Shown here piece after piece: positions 25,076-39,290 of a stretch of DNA of 64,000 nt. The position numbers and the translations under genes were made by a program. Each line of letters opens with the position of its first letter. Positions within the stretch are counted from its first letter, which is position 1. Source of the stretch: Priapulus caudatus (Eukaryota); assembly GCF_000485595.1 (NCBI RefSeq), contig NW_014577086.1, positions 715,438 through 779,437 of the forward strand, written 5' to 3'. The notes below the pieces were generated by a model. The model did not search any database. It was not told where the DNA came from and saw only the letters and a list, made by a program, of their open reading frames with translations.

Positions 25076-28000
25076 GTAATCATGTACTCCGGCTCTCGCA
25101 CTGCACCATGCGTGGATTAAATCCCACATTATGTCCTCATTAGTAATGTACACACGTCACTGATGTGATAGATAACTGCATCATAATTGCGCGCAATACA
25201 CATATTTGCGCGCAATACACATATTTGCGCTTACCTTATTAATAAAGCACCTGGCATTTCATCCGACCCCGCGTAAAATGACAAGAGTAGACGTCTGACA
25301 TGCCGCGTATCACTAGCGGAACACTAGGGGCGCGGAACACTACGCTGAACACTACGCAGAACCTAGTATCTAGTACCTAGTACCTAGTACCTAGTAACAT
25401 AATAACCGTATGTCTGACACAGGGTGTAGCATTCAAATCAATTCAATTCAATTTACTTTATTTACATTCATGGCAATTACATTTTAGAGGTATCATATTG
25501 GTTGAACAAATTAATTGACAAGGCTGATAAGTTTAAAGAAATAAAACTAAATATATAGAAGTGATGGAGGGCGAAAGGACAATTCAGTCTTCCAGTCAGC
25601 CACGCCAGTAGATTACAAAATAACTATATAACGACAAATTTACAAGATGGGGAATAATATATAATAGGTAAAACCTGAGTAGTAAACATTTTCTTGGTTT
25701 ACTAAATAATCTATATATACTAGCAGAAAGTATACCCGTAGAACCAGCAAATGTTGTCTTTAAATATAAACTCCATGTAAGTGACACAGATACACAGAGA
25801 CCATTAAAATATTTCCCATGTAACTGAAAAGAAACCACTCAGTCTGAAGGGCGTGTACGGCAAACAGAACACTGGCACAACCTGCCAACTGACCTACTGT
25901 GCTGTACGACGTCAAAGCAGCAGTGAGCAGGGGGGGGGAAATCCGCAGTAGGGGGGGGGATCTGCCAGACTAGCACCATCTATTACGCACAACAGAGATT
26001 TTTGTTTGACCAGAACCATCTCCCAGAGACTGGTGATCGGAATAGCCATCACGCGGCAGTCAAGAGACACACGTGAATTCCCACGTATGTGATTGATGCT
26101 GCTTACGGCACGAACACACTGCCCATCACCAGTCAATTGACACATACCCGATCTTTTTACAGGCCCGAATTTTGACTAATACTTAATACCTTAAACTTTT
26201 TTACATTTTCTCACAGCCAGCAACCATCTCCAGACGGTGGTGATTCGAATAACTTCAGTAGCCGGCGAATAAGATGACAAAGGCGTTTCTTCCTTTTCTT
26301 AACCTGTACCTCTTAGTATGTAGTATTCTGGTAATTATTTCCTTTTAATTTTATTTTTTATTTTAATGCTTATTTTGTTATTTCTTATTAGTTTACTGTT
26401 TGGGGATGGGAGATGGATGAGCTGAGATTTGATTGGGATGAACGGATGGGCTGGATTGCATTTTTTGCGATGGCAGCGATGGGCTATGCGGATGGAGGAA
26501 GGGATGGATGAAGGGAATGCGAATGGGATGGATAGATGGGATTGCGATAGCAATGGCATGCGCATCGCATGGGATGCAAGGCATCGGAATGCATTTGATT
26601 GGCATGCATGGCATCCGGTCATCGCGGATGGTCACGGATGGCAATGTGATGCGGATGAGATCGGAAAAATGGGAATGGAAATGGATGGGATGCGGCCATT
26701 GGAATGGAAAGGCCGTGCGATGCCATGCGGATCCGGATGGCATGGAATGAGACAGGATTGATGGGATCATTGCATGCATGGGAATGCATGGATAGTATAG
26801 AATAGTTACGATTTTTGTTTGCATGTTTCTTTAAAACCAAGCGCCGTCACCCCGAACTGAGTAAGCGCGCCACTCATTTCGCCGCTCAACGCGGTATACC
26901 CGCTAGTGTATAATAATTCGATCATACAATGTAGTTATCTAGACCCAAGCGTCAAACAATATGAGAAACACGTTACAAATGACATACGAGAACACAAAGC
27001 CAATTACAACGAGCCCAACCGAAAAACAACCAACAACCGCAACCCGCAAAACAATATCAATATAATGAATATTACCGGGCAGAGTACCTCTGACACCGCC
27101 TGCGTGTAGCATGGCACCGACTTATATGTCGTGGGAAATGGGAAAACAAAAGGAGTCAGATAAACATTTAAGTGAGAGGAACGCGTGGCCGACTAGTACC
27201 GAGTAACACGTGCTCAAGGATGCATCACTAGGATTGCGCTCGAATCGAGAGAGGCGCGAACGACTTCTCTTAAACACTAGCAGTGAGCCACTCGCTTTTT
27301 ATATAACACATGAAGGTTATAACTGCGACCAACAGGACCCACACAGGACTCATTTCTAACCCATTCAGCTACTACACATAAACACACATCTAAGCACACA
27401 TATCGGCGGAGTTAGACACTTATCCCAATCACTGCTCTGCTATTACTAAATGCAGCACACACGCACTATCACTGCATAAGCAGTGACCCAGCACGCATTA
27501 AGCTCTGGCAAATTCAAAGCGCCACGCGCACATACAACAAATATTTGCGCGTTACCATTACTACATAAATCACTTAGCGCATTTCACCCGACCAACAGCC
27601 AGCACACACGGCCAGCGTAAACATGACAAGAGCAGCCTACGCCTGACGGCACACACACACCACGCGTTCGTTAGCATCGGCGTAACATAGACGACATAAG
27701 GACTCCATCGTATCTGTCAGCTAGCATACGTTCGAGCTATCAGTTAGAAAGGTATACCAGCGTGAGCATGGCTTGTATTTGAAGCGACGTTAGATAAATT
27801 AAATTAAAGTTACTTCTAAATATCAGCAGATGGAATGAGCAGACGACATACACATTGCAATTTCTGGAATGTATGATAATTGGTTGAAACAAATTAATGA
27901 CAAAAGTGCTGATAAAAATTGAAAAAATATATATAGTTAAAAAGTATGAGTATAGGCGAGCTAATTAATGTGGACGAGCGGAACCGATAAATGGGACCTA

Positions 28001-30482
28001 GACGTAATTCTGACTTGCTTCTCTGCAATCTCTCTTATCTGCAGTCATTCTTTATCAATCTAGTCAGCCTTCGCTCTCAATTCTATCATAAATCTACTAA
28101 TCCAAAATCAGCTACGCACAATAGCGCATGACAAATGTGAAAGAAATAATTGAATAATCATAACTAAGGTTAAACAAGCATGGCAATATCTCGACATCAA
28201 TTTAGGCTTCTATTTTACCGCTAGATAAGTATAATAGATTTTATGATACTACAATGTCGTCGATACCTTTAAATTAATCGAGTACCCACGCACACTAGCG
28301 CAAAACTACAAACAAAAGCCTGAACGTTTTACCAATAAATACGTAACGTACAAATACAATAGACGTTTAATACAATGACCTTAGAAAACATATGCTTATT
28401 AACATAAAAGCGAAAAACAAATCAAACAGACAAAATATTGGTAGTGATATAACAGCAGATATACTACATGCAACAATAGGCGCGTAAACATAGCAAAAAC
28501 GAAAGCATTCAAGGGCAAGCGGCGCACGCGCGCACAATATGCACCGCACGCACCACACAGGCCACACATCACACACACACACACAGAGGACGGGAATCAC
28601 ACACACATCTCTACTACAGTCCGCTGCCGGCGAGATAGATTCCATCAGATTAGCCCGGCAAGACTGGCACCGATGCACGCATCGCTATTTTGAATATTAG
28701 ATACGTATTGGTATAAATATAATAAGTATATATAGTATATTCATATAGATATATATATATAAATATATCAACACGATTTTTTCACACTTCTACCCCAAAA
28801 CAGTAAACATGTACGATGACTGTCACCTCTACACCAATGCGTGACGATGACGTCCACATGCATGACCCCTCCGAGGCCGTGGCGCAACCCGCCACGTGAT
28901 ACGCACCCGTGAACATTGCTAAAATAAAGACAGAAACGCGCCTATCTCCATAATACTCCCGTGGTGTGTCTCGTCAGGAACTGGTTAATCCGGAAATATG
29001 TCTACACTCGTTACGTTGAACAGTGAGTGGGAAGAGGAGCGAGATCGGCGGCAGCGGCGCGCGCGAGCGGCGGCAGCGGCGGTCGGCACCGCGGCAGAGG
29101 CGAGCGGCCAGCGCGGCTGTCGGCGGCGTCGGCGTCGGCGGCAGGCAGCGCGGTGCGGTGGTGCCAATATTATGAGCAGTGCAATAGTGTCGACAGCCAC
29201 GCGCCACACGAGACGCGATCCTCGTCTCTCTCTCCTCTCTTTCTCGATCTCTCTCCTCTGGCTCTCTCCAGCCCGTCTCTCAGTCCCTCCATCCGCTCTC
29301 CCCTGATGCACAGATCTCCTCCTCCCTTTCTCTCTACCATCCTCTCTCATCTCTACTCGTCTCTGGCTCCATTCTCTTCTCTCCAGTCCTATGCTAAAAA
29401 TCTTTCCCCCCCCCAGTGCCCGCTCCTCTCACCTCCTTCCTCTAGTCTTTTCTCTTTCTCAGCCTCTGATCTCGTGCATTNNNNNNNNNNNNNNNNNNNN
29501 NNNNNNNNNNNNNNNNNNNNNNNNNNNNNNNNNNNNNNNNNNNNNNNNNNNNNNNNNNNNNNNNNNNNNNNNNNNNNNNNNNNNNNNNNNNNNNNNNNNN
29601 NNNNNNNNNNNNNNNNNNNNNNNNNNNNNNNNNNNNNNNNNNNNNNNNNNNNNNNNNNNNNNNNNNNNNNNNNNNNNNNNNNNNNNNNNNNNNNNNNNNN
29701 NNNNNNNNNNNNNNNNNNNNNNNNNNNNNNNNNNNNNNNNNNNNNNNNNNNNNNNNNNNNNNNNNNNNNNNNNNNNNNNNNNNNNNNNNNNNNNNNNNNN
29801 NNNNNNNNNNNNNNNNNNNNNNNNNNNNNNNNNNNNNNNNNNNNNNNNNNNNNNNNNNNNNNNNNNNNNNNNNNNNNNNNNNNNNNNNNNNNNNNNNNNN
29901 NNNNNNNNNNNNNNNNNNNNNNNNNNNNNNNNNNNNNNNNNNNNNNNNNNNNNNNNNNNNNNNNNNNNNNNNNNNNNNNNNNNNNNNNNNNNNNNNNNNN
30001 NNNNNNNNNNNNNNNNNNNNNNNNNNNNNNNNNNNNNNNNNNNNNNNNNNNNNNNNNNNNNNNNNNNNNNNNNNNNNNNNNNNNNNNNNNNNNNNNNNNN
30101 NNNNNNNNNNNNNNNNNNNNNNNNNNNNNNNNNNNNNNNNNNNNNNNNNNNNNNNNNNNNNNNNNNNNNNNNNNNNNNNNNNNNNNNNNNNNNNNNNNNN
30201 NNNNNNNNNNNNNNNNNNNNNNNNNNNNNNNNNNNNNNNNNNNNNNNNNNNNNNNNNNNNNNNNNNNNNNNNNNNNNNNNNNNNNNNNNNATAAAAGAAG
30301 AAAACTACCCAAGCATACTCTTTTCAGATCAGCCACGTCTGGGGGGTGGTCTGGGCTAAAACAAAAATTTTAAAGTAAAAAAAGTTAAATAAAATTGATT
30401 AACAAATCTCTATTCATAGCACGATGGCGGTGCGCTACAGATTAACATCAGGTACGTGTGAATCCTGGTGTATCACCTTAAC

Positions 30483-30558
30483 GGTACGCAGTGGCTTAAT
30501 GGCTAGCACATACTGTCTTCTACACGCGGATTCCGGGTTGGAGTCCGCGGCTTTTTTT
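30483..30558 (+). other. tRNA-derived, Pol III promoter-like cassette inside the Helitron
   Basis: A-box-like TGGCTTAATGG (30492-30502), B-box-like GGTTGGAGTCC (30536-30546), then T7. No convincing cloverleaf. Confidence 0.55.
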
Positions 30559-30685
30559 GGGCGTTTCTTCCTTTTTTTTCCTTTCTCTCTTTAGTATGTA
30601 GTTATTTGTAATTTTTTACTTTTTTAATTTTTATTTTTTATTTTTAATGTCTTTATTTTTTTATTTCTTATTATTTTTACTGGTT

Positions 30686-31045
30686 ATGGGATGGGATGGG
30701 ATGGCATGCGATGGCATGCGATGGGATGGGATGGGATGGGATGGGATGGGATGGGATGGGATGGGATGGAATGGGATGGGATAGGATGGGATTGGATAGC
30801 ATGGCATGGCATGGCATGGGATGGCATGGCATGGGATGGCATTGGATGGCATGGCATGGCATGGGTCATGGGATGGCATGGGATGGCATGGGATGGGATG
30901 AGATGGGATGGGATGGGATATGGGATGGGATGGGATGGGATGCGGTGCGATGGGATGGGATGGGATGGGATGCGGTGCGATGGGATGGGATGGGATGGCA
31001 TGGAATGGGATGGATGGATGGATGCATGGATGGATGCATGGATAG
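30686..31045. repeat. (GATGG/CATGG)n pentamer satellite inside the Helitron
   Basis: Direct reading; a noisy equivalent lies at about 26400-26795. Confidence 0.95.
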
Positions 31046-33200
31046 ATAGAGTAGTTAGATTTTTTTTGGTATTTTCTTTTCAACCAAGCGGTCACCAACT
31101 GAGTAACGCCACTCATTTCCCTGGGCAACGCCGGGTATCCCGCTAGTGTATAATAATTGTGATATACATATCGTATTTTAATTAATTACCTCAAACAAAT
31201 GTTTGAACGTTTACAATGACATTGAAACAATGCTCATTACACAAGCGAAAAACAACCGCAACAAATATTCATATAAACATGATATATTAGCATGGCAAGA
31301 GTACGTCTGACACCGCGTGTAGCATGGCAACCGTACGTCTGATGTCGTGGGGGAGAATGGGAGCAAAAAGGAGTTCAGAATTAAAAAAATATTTTAAGTG
31401 AGAGGGACGGACACTATTACCAACTGCCAAGGATGGCATCATAGATTGCTCGACGAGGAAGGGCGAACGACTTTTTAAAACTAGAGTGACTCGCTTTTTT
31501 ATATAAACATGAAGGTTTATAATGGCAACATACGCATTTCTACCAAGCTATGATAACTACATATGCGTAGGTTACATCCCACACTGTCTGCTTATTACTA
31601 ATGCACACACGTCACTGATGTGACAGATAACTGCATCATAATGGCGCGCAATACAAATATTTGCGCTTACCTTATTAATAAATCACTTAGCATTTCACCC
31701 GACCCCGCGTAAAATGACAAGAGCAGCCTACGCCTGACGCCGCGTAACATAATAGCCGTATGTCTAACACAGAATGTATAGCATTTAATTAAATTAAATT
31801 AAGTTTACTTTATTTACACATATAGCAATTGCATTTTGGATGTATTATATTGGTTGAACAAATTAATTGACAAAGCTGATAAATTGAAAAAATATATAAA
31901 TAGAAGTTATGGAGGGCGAAAGGACAATTCAGTCTTCTAGTCAGTCACTCCAGCAGATTACAAAATAACTATACGATGACAAATTTGAAAGATAAGGAAT
32001 AATATATACTAGGTTAAACATGAGTATTAATTTTTTTCTTTGTTTACTAGATAATGTATAATAATTATGATATACATGTCGTCATATTTTAATTAATTAC
32101 CGCAAACACAACAAAAGCCTGAACGTTTACAATAATACGTATACGTTTACAATAACGTTTACAATGACCTTATTGAAACAATGCTTATTACATAAGCGAA
32201 AAACAATCACAACAAATATTGATATAAACATCATATACTAGCATGGCAACATAGCGCGTAACATAGCAAAAGCATGTCTGACACAGCGTGTAGCATGACA
32301 ACCGTACGTCTCACGCCTTGTAACATGGCAAAAGTTCGTCTGATACAGCGTGTAGCATGACAACCGTACGTCTGACGCCGTGTAACATGGCAAAAGTTTG
32401 TCTGACACAGCGTGTAGCATGACAACCGTACGTCTGACGCCGTGTAACATGGCAACAGTACGCATGATACAGCGTAACGCGTATCATGGCAATTGCTAGT
32501 ACGTCTAACCATAGAGATCCTATTATACCTTCATCCTATAATGATGATGCATGGGATACGGGGCTTAGCGACACTTGGCAGATAAAAGAGGTAGCCACAT
32601 GTTATCTCAGCCTCGGTGAAGCGCGGTTAATCAATCTGTTGACAGTGTGTTTTTTCCGACAACGCGCCATTAACACCTAAAATCCTGCTAAACAGTTTTT
32701 TCGACGATTACTTGCGTGATCTAACTTGCGACCGAAGCGGGATCCAAATATAACCTATAACAAACCATAGCGCTCATCCCAACTTATATCACAACTAACT
32801 AAACTCTTATAAGGCGTAAATTAAATACAACTGCCGGGCCGGGCATGTCGGCTGCATGAACAATTAAAGTACACCGAGGGCTTCCGAGGAAGATCCGTAC
32901 GTGATTCACGCTGGAACCTTAGCCTCAGCTGGAATTGTACGAAACATACGAATAAGAGTGCGCGTGTTCGTGTCCCCGATTAGACGCCATCACGCTAGAT
33001 CTATAAAAAAAATCCATTAAGTTTTGATTCTACGCAGCTTTTAGCGTCGCCCCATTTTAGATACGATATAACAATGCGTGGACAGCGAGATTGAAAGCGC
33101 ATACAGTGATACTCCGCGTTGCGAAGGTAACGTGTTTCGAAAAACTCACTTTTCTATAGACTGCCATTACATGATCATTATACCATGCCATTACATTATC

Positions 33201-33547
33201 AGCCTCGTTTACACGAGACCTCGTATTTGTGAAATACGGTATTTGCGAAATACCGAATCTGAGACAAATACGCGGCCGAGCGTTCACAACATCACACGCT
33301 GATTCGCGGCTCCAGAAATGCCGTATTTGCAAGCTGCGAGTTGCTTGTAAGGTATTAGCGTTCACACGAGGAAATGCGCGGTCCAAGAGATCCGGTATTT
33401 CTCAAGCACGGCAAATTTTTTGGGGTCTGGGAAGCCGCGTATTTACATCAAATACCGGATCTGTTTAGATACCGTATTTCTTGGACCGCGCATTTTGCCT
33501 CGTGTGAACGCTAAATACCGCATTTCATGCTACGTGTGAACGCGGCT
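33201..33547. mobile_element. MITE, possibly Harbinger/Tourist-like
   Basis: AGCCTCGTTTACACG and CGTGTGAACGCGGCT form imperfect TIRs, with internal AAATACG/CGTATTT repeats. TSD unclear. Confidence 0.7.
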
Positions 33548-34011
33548 ATTGTCAAGAGTCCATAATATAATTTTATTTTTGGCTTATTTTTGTATTATGG
33601 CCTCTTGATATTATGTGGATATACGTCCCTCTAAAAGAGTTTTCGACTAAAAGATGTATGAAAGGACAATAATTATCAATGCAAGTAAACATTTTTCAAC
33701 GCATTATCGTGAAAAAAGGTATGAATAATTGAACAGAAAAGGAGTTCAGAATTAAAATTATTGGAATGTAGAGGAACGGACACTATTACCAACTGCCAGG
33801 GGTGGCACCATAGATTGCTCGAAATGGGAGTGAGGGGGCTAACGGTTATTTAAAACTAGGGTGATCCACGTTTTTATGGACATAACGGTTTATAATGGCA
33901 ACATAAGCATTTTTAACAGGATATTATAGCTACGTCTATAAATACTGATATATTTTAATATATAATCAGGAGTGTGTAATATTGATTTCCATATAATATC
34001 TAGATATTTAT

Positions 34012-34050
<39 letters not shown>

Positions 34051-34342
34051 ACCTGATATATAATATGTACAGATAAATCAGCCCTTCATCTTGCTGATTG
34101 TTTTCCTCCAACTAGCGCAGCGCTTCAGATGTCGAGCGACTGCGCCTTTTATAGGTCAATCTATGACAAGAACATGATATTGTTCCAGGAGAGGTGGCCT
34201 CAGTCTGATATATACTTGAGCATATTCCTTGCCACCCACCACCGGAGCTCTCACTGATCATTGTAATAACAACACTGCGATTCTCGCGAGGAAGCTAATG
34301 CTGCACCCAGTCGCCGGGGGTGGGTGGGTGATTATGGTGGGC

Positions 34343-34357
34343 GAGTGAGTGAGTGAG

Positions 34358-34417
<60 letters not shown>

Positions 34418-34451
34418 TGAATGAGTGAGCGAGCGAGCGAGCGAGTGAGTG
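34343..34451. repeat. (GAGT)/(GCGT)n microsatellite
   Basis: Direct reading. Confidence 0.95.
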
Positions 34452-37149
34452 ATCGAGTGTTGCAAGGTGTTCTGTCGCTCTTCACTACTTCATAAATCCT
34501 AGTGGGTAGTACTATTAATAGCAGGCGATGTAGCTATTACTTACGCTGCTATTCCAATAACACTGATTGCGATTTTAGAAGCAAAACAAGTGGCTAATCT
34601 CGTTCATTGTAATGATTTCGGCTTTCCTATACTGTGCAATTTATTTTGTAAAACCTGCGTGTTTCCTGTTCACATTTACCGTTCCCAAAATCGTATAATT
34701 GCTAACCGTCTGTTTACACTATATAGGCTAGTATAACGTCGTAATGTCGTAATTATGTCGATATATCTTCCGATGTATCGCTGATTCTCATCATTTTTCT
34801 TTTATCCCGTGCTTAGAAACAATTAATCTAAGGCAGCAATTTGGGATAAAATGAAAACAAATCCAGTTTGCCACTCGAATGACCTAGTTGTCATCCTACG
34901 TACAGTAGTCCATGCATTGCTTTTGATCACAAGGTGATTAATTTTAGCTGTAGTAACTGTTGTAACTAGCTTTCATTCCATAGGGATCACCGGTCCGGTG
35001 ATGTAAGCCAGTCACTTCGCTCACGTCCGCAATCGTAGCATACTATGGCAAGCCATTCCATTCAAAACTGAAGAAGGAATATAAGACAATACAAAGACAG
35101 ACAATATAAGTCTAAATAGAACTAATAGTTTTTGAAATGAAAACAATACGTACCGGGGAGGTGAAACACCGCGAAGATAAATTACGTAATTATAGGCGTT
35201 GAAATAGTTTATTCGCATCGAATGGAACGCACGTAGTAGCACTCTAGGTAGGTGAGACAGCTGCTATAAATAGCTGAACATTGAGATCATCGCAAACATT
35301 TCGTGAAGTAGAGTGGTCTGTGCATTTACGTATAAAGCGATACGAAGAATTGTTACGAGAAAATGTTTGGTGTTCGGCGAAGATTTTGGCGAGTATCGTA
35401 CATAACACGTTCGCCCAGCCACTGTGAGAAGCATATATGCTTCAACTATTGATAGGTTGCACACGAAAGCATGCTGAAGCATGAAGCACGTGGCGGCGTC
35501 ATTTGAATGTAGCCGGGATACGTGGACCTCAATGTATCATGCCATTCTCACGGTTGAGTAGTAGGCTGCGAGCGTGCTAAAAGCTTTTTCCCACATGCAC
35601 ACATCTATTGAAAACGTTGACGCAATCTCACCGTTGACGGGCATTATAATAAATATCCTTGCTGGTAAAACTACATATGGTAATACGAATCGCGTAAATA
35701 ATTGCAGTCTTGATCTGTTGTTCCTAATAGACTCTCAGTGTTAATATGGTTATTGTATATGCTTGAATCCCGCTTCTCATGCTAGCAATGGCCAAATTAT
35801 TTCGGGGAAAAAAATCTCTCCATGCATCAGTACTGTCATTACTAGACCGTGTCCCTAGGTTACATTCTCCCGAGTACATACACGTGGCCAGAATCTAGCC
35901 TATACATCGGCAGTGCGTATGTACACCTTTTCAGCTGATGCTTCATACCAGTATCGATGCAATCTTGAGCACATCAAACCTTTATTTCTCTTGTGCTGTC
36001 TGGCTGAAATATAAGGCAGCCTAAGGGTAACTCTTTCTGTCGGTCTCTTATCTTTATTTATTTATTTATTTATATGTATATATATATATATATATATTTA
36101 TTTATTTATTTATCAAGATTATATTATGCCGTGATAAAGGCCGTTGTACGAAGTGGAAGAAATTTAGTCCGCCTTGGATACGTGACAGAGGAAAGGCCCT
36201 GCGGCTTTTAACTAAATAGGCCTAATTGACCCCGGGAAATTGCATTTTTCTTTACTGTTTGTTCTCGATCAATCCTCTTCGGCTATTACGTGTTATTGCT
36301 CACCATGCATTAAATATAAAAACTAATTGGAGTACGTTTTTTTTATCAGATTTAATTTATTATATGCGAATAATATGTCACCTACTTTTGGGAAGGCGTT
36401 TCATACATGCAGTCCATTGACTAAAAAGTACTTTGTCAGATATATTCTGTCATTTTGGCTTCGCGCGCAGCATATAGCCTCTTGCCGAACAAACAACGCG
36501 CTACGATGCGACGTTTCCGGCTTTATTCCAGCAGTCTACTGGAAAAAACAGATACATAAATCAGTCAGTGGGTAAAGATACATAATGTAGCGAATTTTCT
36601 ACGTGAAGATCTAGTTCAGTTGGTCCTAACCGTGTAGGTATAAGGTACATGATGCGTGTAGATAGCATACGAAGGAGTATACGAAGCTGGATCCATTCCA
36701 TAATTCATCGTAGCTCAACCTGATATGAGCACTTAAGTCGATGCTAATAACTCAGCATCGAACCTGTCTAAAATGAATCCACAACATGGTGAAATTGGCA
36801 TTAATCGAACGAGACGCATAGTCAGGCAGCTTACGGGGCGTCGTTATAGGCTCAGGGGCGAGATGGCGCTAGTCATAAGCGTAGCTCTGGTGTCAAATTG
36901 CGAAATAATCACACGCGATAGTGACTATATAGCACCTCGAAGATTTGATCTCATGAATTAAGCGGCAGGAAAGGGGATATTCCATCCCAATTTTATTTCA
37001 CGCGAAATGCATGATGATTTCGTGGGATTATTCGCATGATTGAGTATATTTCGGCGCTTTATTCCCTAGAAATCGTAAGATATCTTCAAATTTAAACGTT
37101 TAAAGGGAGTTCAAATCGTGTTCACTGTAGCTACATACAGGACAGGCGT

Positions 37150-37640
37150 TGCATGCTGCAAGTATAGACGAACCATGTTGCCAGTAGTGTTAGCATGTCA
37201 ATATAGATAGCATGTTGTCTTGTTCCTAGAAGGATGACAGTGTAGGCCTACACCTACACCATGTTGCGGCCCCTTGGATGTTGAAGGTGTAAACTTATCA
37301 TGTTAATTAACGACCGATCGTACTGTACATAGACCCATGTTGAGCATAGATATGTACGTTGCCTGCTGATAATATATCCAACACGTATATATGTATGTGT
37401 CATAATATGAGCCTAGAACATCTTAGAATTATACCTATAGCATGTTGTCAGTAAAACTACGTCATGCTGTTAATAAACCTAGAACATGTTGGCAATAAAT
37501 CTGTAGAATTTTGTCAGTAAACCTGGAGCGCGTTGCCAGAAATCTTAGAGCAACTTATTTGCTAGTAGATTTAGAGCATGTTGCCAGTAGACATACATCA
37601 GGTTGCCACCTTCCTTATAACATGCTGCTAGTATATCTGT
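37150..37640. repeat. Old degenerate minisatellite (AGCATGTTGCCAGTAGA-like)
   Basis: Repeated CATGTTG(C/T)CAG motifs at roughly 25-30 nt spacing. Confidence 0.6.
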
Positions 37641-39022
37641 GACATAACGAGCGAGTGACCTTCGTGGACAAATTTTCTCCACTAGCCGAGTCGGTCTTGC
37701 CGTGGCTTCGAGAGAACGATACACTGCGGATCTGCTGGGTGGCGTTATCCGAGTGATTTCACATCTAATCTGAAACTGCTGTCTATTCCGTAGACCACAA
37801 TCGATACCTATGTGCTAGTTTTAGCTGGCAATATAGTGTTTATCACGCCCGCACGAACATATTGCGTAAGATTTCCGTGGCAGTTGGAAATGCATTTAGA
37901 TGATACTGACCATGATTCTGCGCGTATTGGGGGTTTGTGCTGAAAGAACGATAACGGAATATAACAATTCTACCCGATGATTTGGCTGTTGAAATACTGT
38001 ACATTAGCTATGTTAAGTTATAGATAGAGGATAAGAAAATACCACATTTTCCAGCATTCCGAGACACATTTTGCGTAGGTTTTCACAATACTAATTCGAT
38101 GATGGCAACGTAATTAACACCTTTAGGGGGTTCTTTCAGCCAAAACAAAATTAAATGTTCATATTTTTATGCGTATGTAAAAAGTAGCAAACATTGCAAC
38201 ATAGCAAGCACATATTTTTAAGTCACATTGGTAATTTTGTACGATTAGCTAACTATATGATACCGAAAATCGCAGCAATACACTTGGAGATATTATAGAA
38301 GTTTTAAAGTTTTATTTATTACTGTACCTTTAACATTTTTCTCTATGAAAATTAAGTGCTGTGTTCAATACATTTACTTGTATTTCAGTCATGTGGAATA
38401 AATAATTGATAATAATAATAATAATAATAATAATAACATTATTATTATCATAAATAAATGTCTCGAACGTCCATTTTAGAAGCACTTACAGAGTTGCCGC
38501 AAGACAGTATCCGGTAAAGCAACTATATAGCAGGGAAGAAGCAGAATTAATTAATTGGGTGAAACGAATCGAACACAGAATAAATAGGAAAGTTATCCAG
38601 ACTGAAGTGTTACGTACATGTAGCGCTAGAGCTAATAAGACAATGTAAACCACACAGACTGAATTGGAACTTTCAGAATTTTCTTCAAAATATATATTAT
38701 TATATATATATATACACTATATTATTACATATAGGCCTATATTTATTACATATAATTATAATATTTCGTCAAATTTAGACGTACCCTTTCTTGTTCATAT
38801 TCATTTGAAGCAACTCAGTCTCTTGTTTTCTCAGTAATGTGAATACTCACTAGTACGCCATACTTGTCTGCATTGAGAAATTCCTAGATGCCACCTCATT
38901 ATATCAGTAGGCTCGAGGCCTAGTTTGCCCGGGCGGATTATTACTACTCATTTTCCTGAATAGAGATCTAGTATATCCTGATCTGCTGCCACCATTGGCA
39001 ATGATCGTATCGGCTTTACGTG

Positions 39023-39290
39023 CAGGGCCGTAGGCTGAGCAAATTTCTAGGGGGCATCTAGTGGCGGATCCAGGATTTCAAGGAAAGGGTGAGAAACAGG
39101 TGGGGGTCCTCGCACAGAAGATTTTGAAAATGTAGATCGTAGGAGATGGTATCTGAGGCACTTTTAAGTACATGTACAGCCTTCATTCTGAATACGACAA
39201 CTCTCTTTTAGTAGAACAATTTATTTTTTTAATTTTGCTCTAAAATCTAGGGGGCAGCTGCCACCCTTGCCCCCGCAGGCTACGGCCCTA
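39023..39290. mobile_element. CAGGGCCGTAG-family MITE
   Basis: Ends CAGGGCCGTAG and CTACGGCCCTA. TSD ACGTG at 39018-39022 and 39291-39295. Confidence 0.85.

Larger units (their letters stand above)
25710..31146 (+). mobile_element. Non-autonomous Helitron, spanning noisy sequence and the N gap
   Basis: 5' A|TCTATATATA at 25709/25710. 3' hairpin CCCTGGGCAACGCCGGG then CTAG|T at 31143-31147. Empty paralogous site ATAA^TGTATAATAATT at 32051-32066. A second CTAG|T end at 26906 lies in the noisy duplicate. Confidence 0.75.
25120..33915 (+). repeat. Interrupted tandem array of a roughly 0.9-kb unit
   Basis: 25120-25709 resembles 31580-32054; 31147-31340 resembles 32055-32320; 33735-33915 resembles 31365-31530. 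A 61-bp subrepeat lies at 32277-32470. Confidence 0.8.

Noticed and set aside
29027..30373. ORFs of 315-448 aa
   Set aside because: They read through the N gap.
30483..30555. Functional tRNA gene
   Set aside because: No acceptor stem or clear anticodon arm, and the B box is mutated. Kept only as tRNA-derived.
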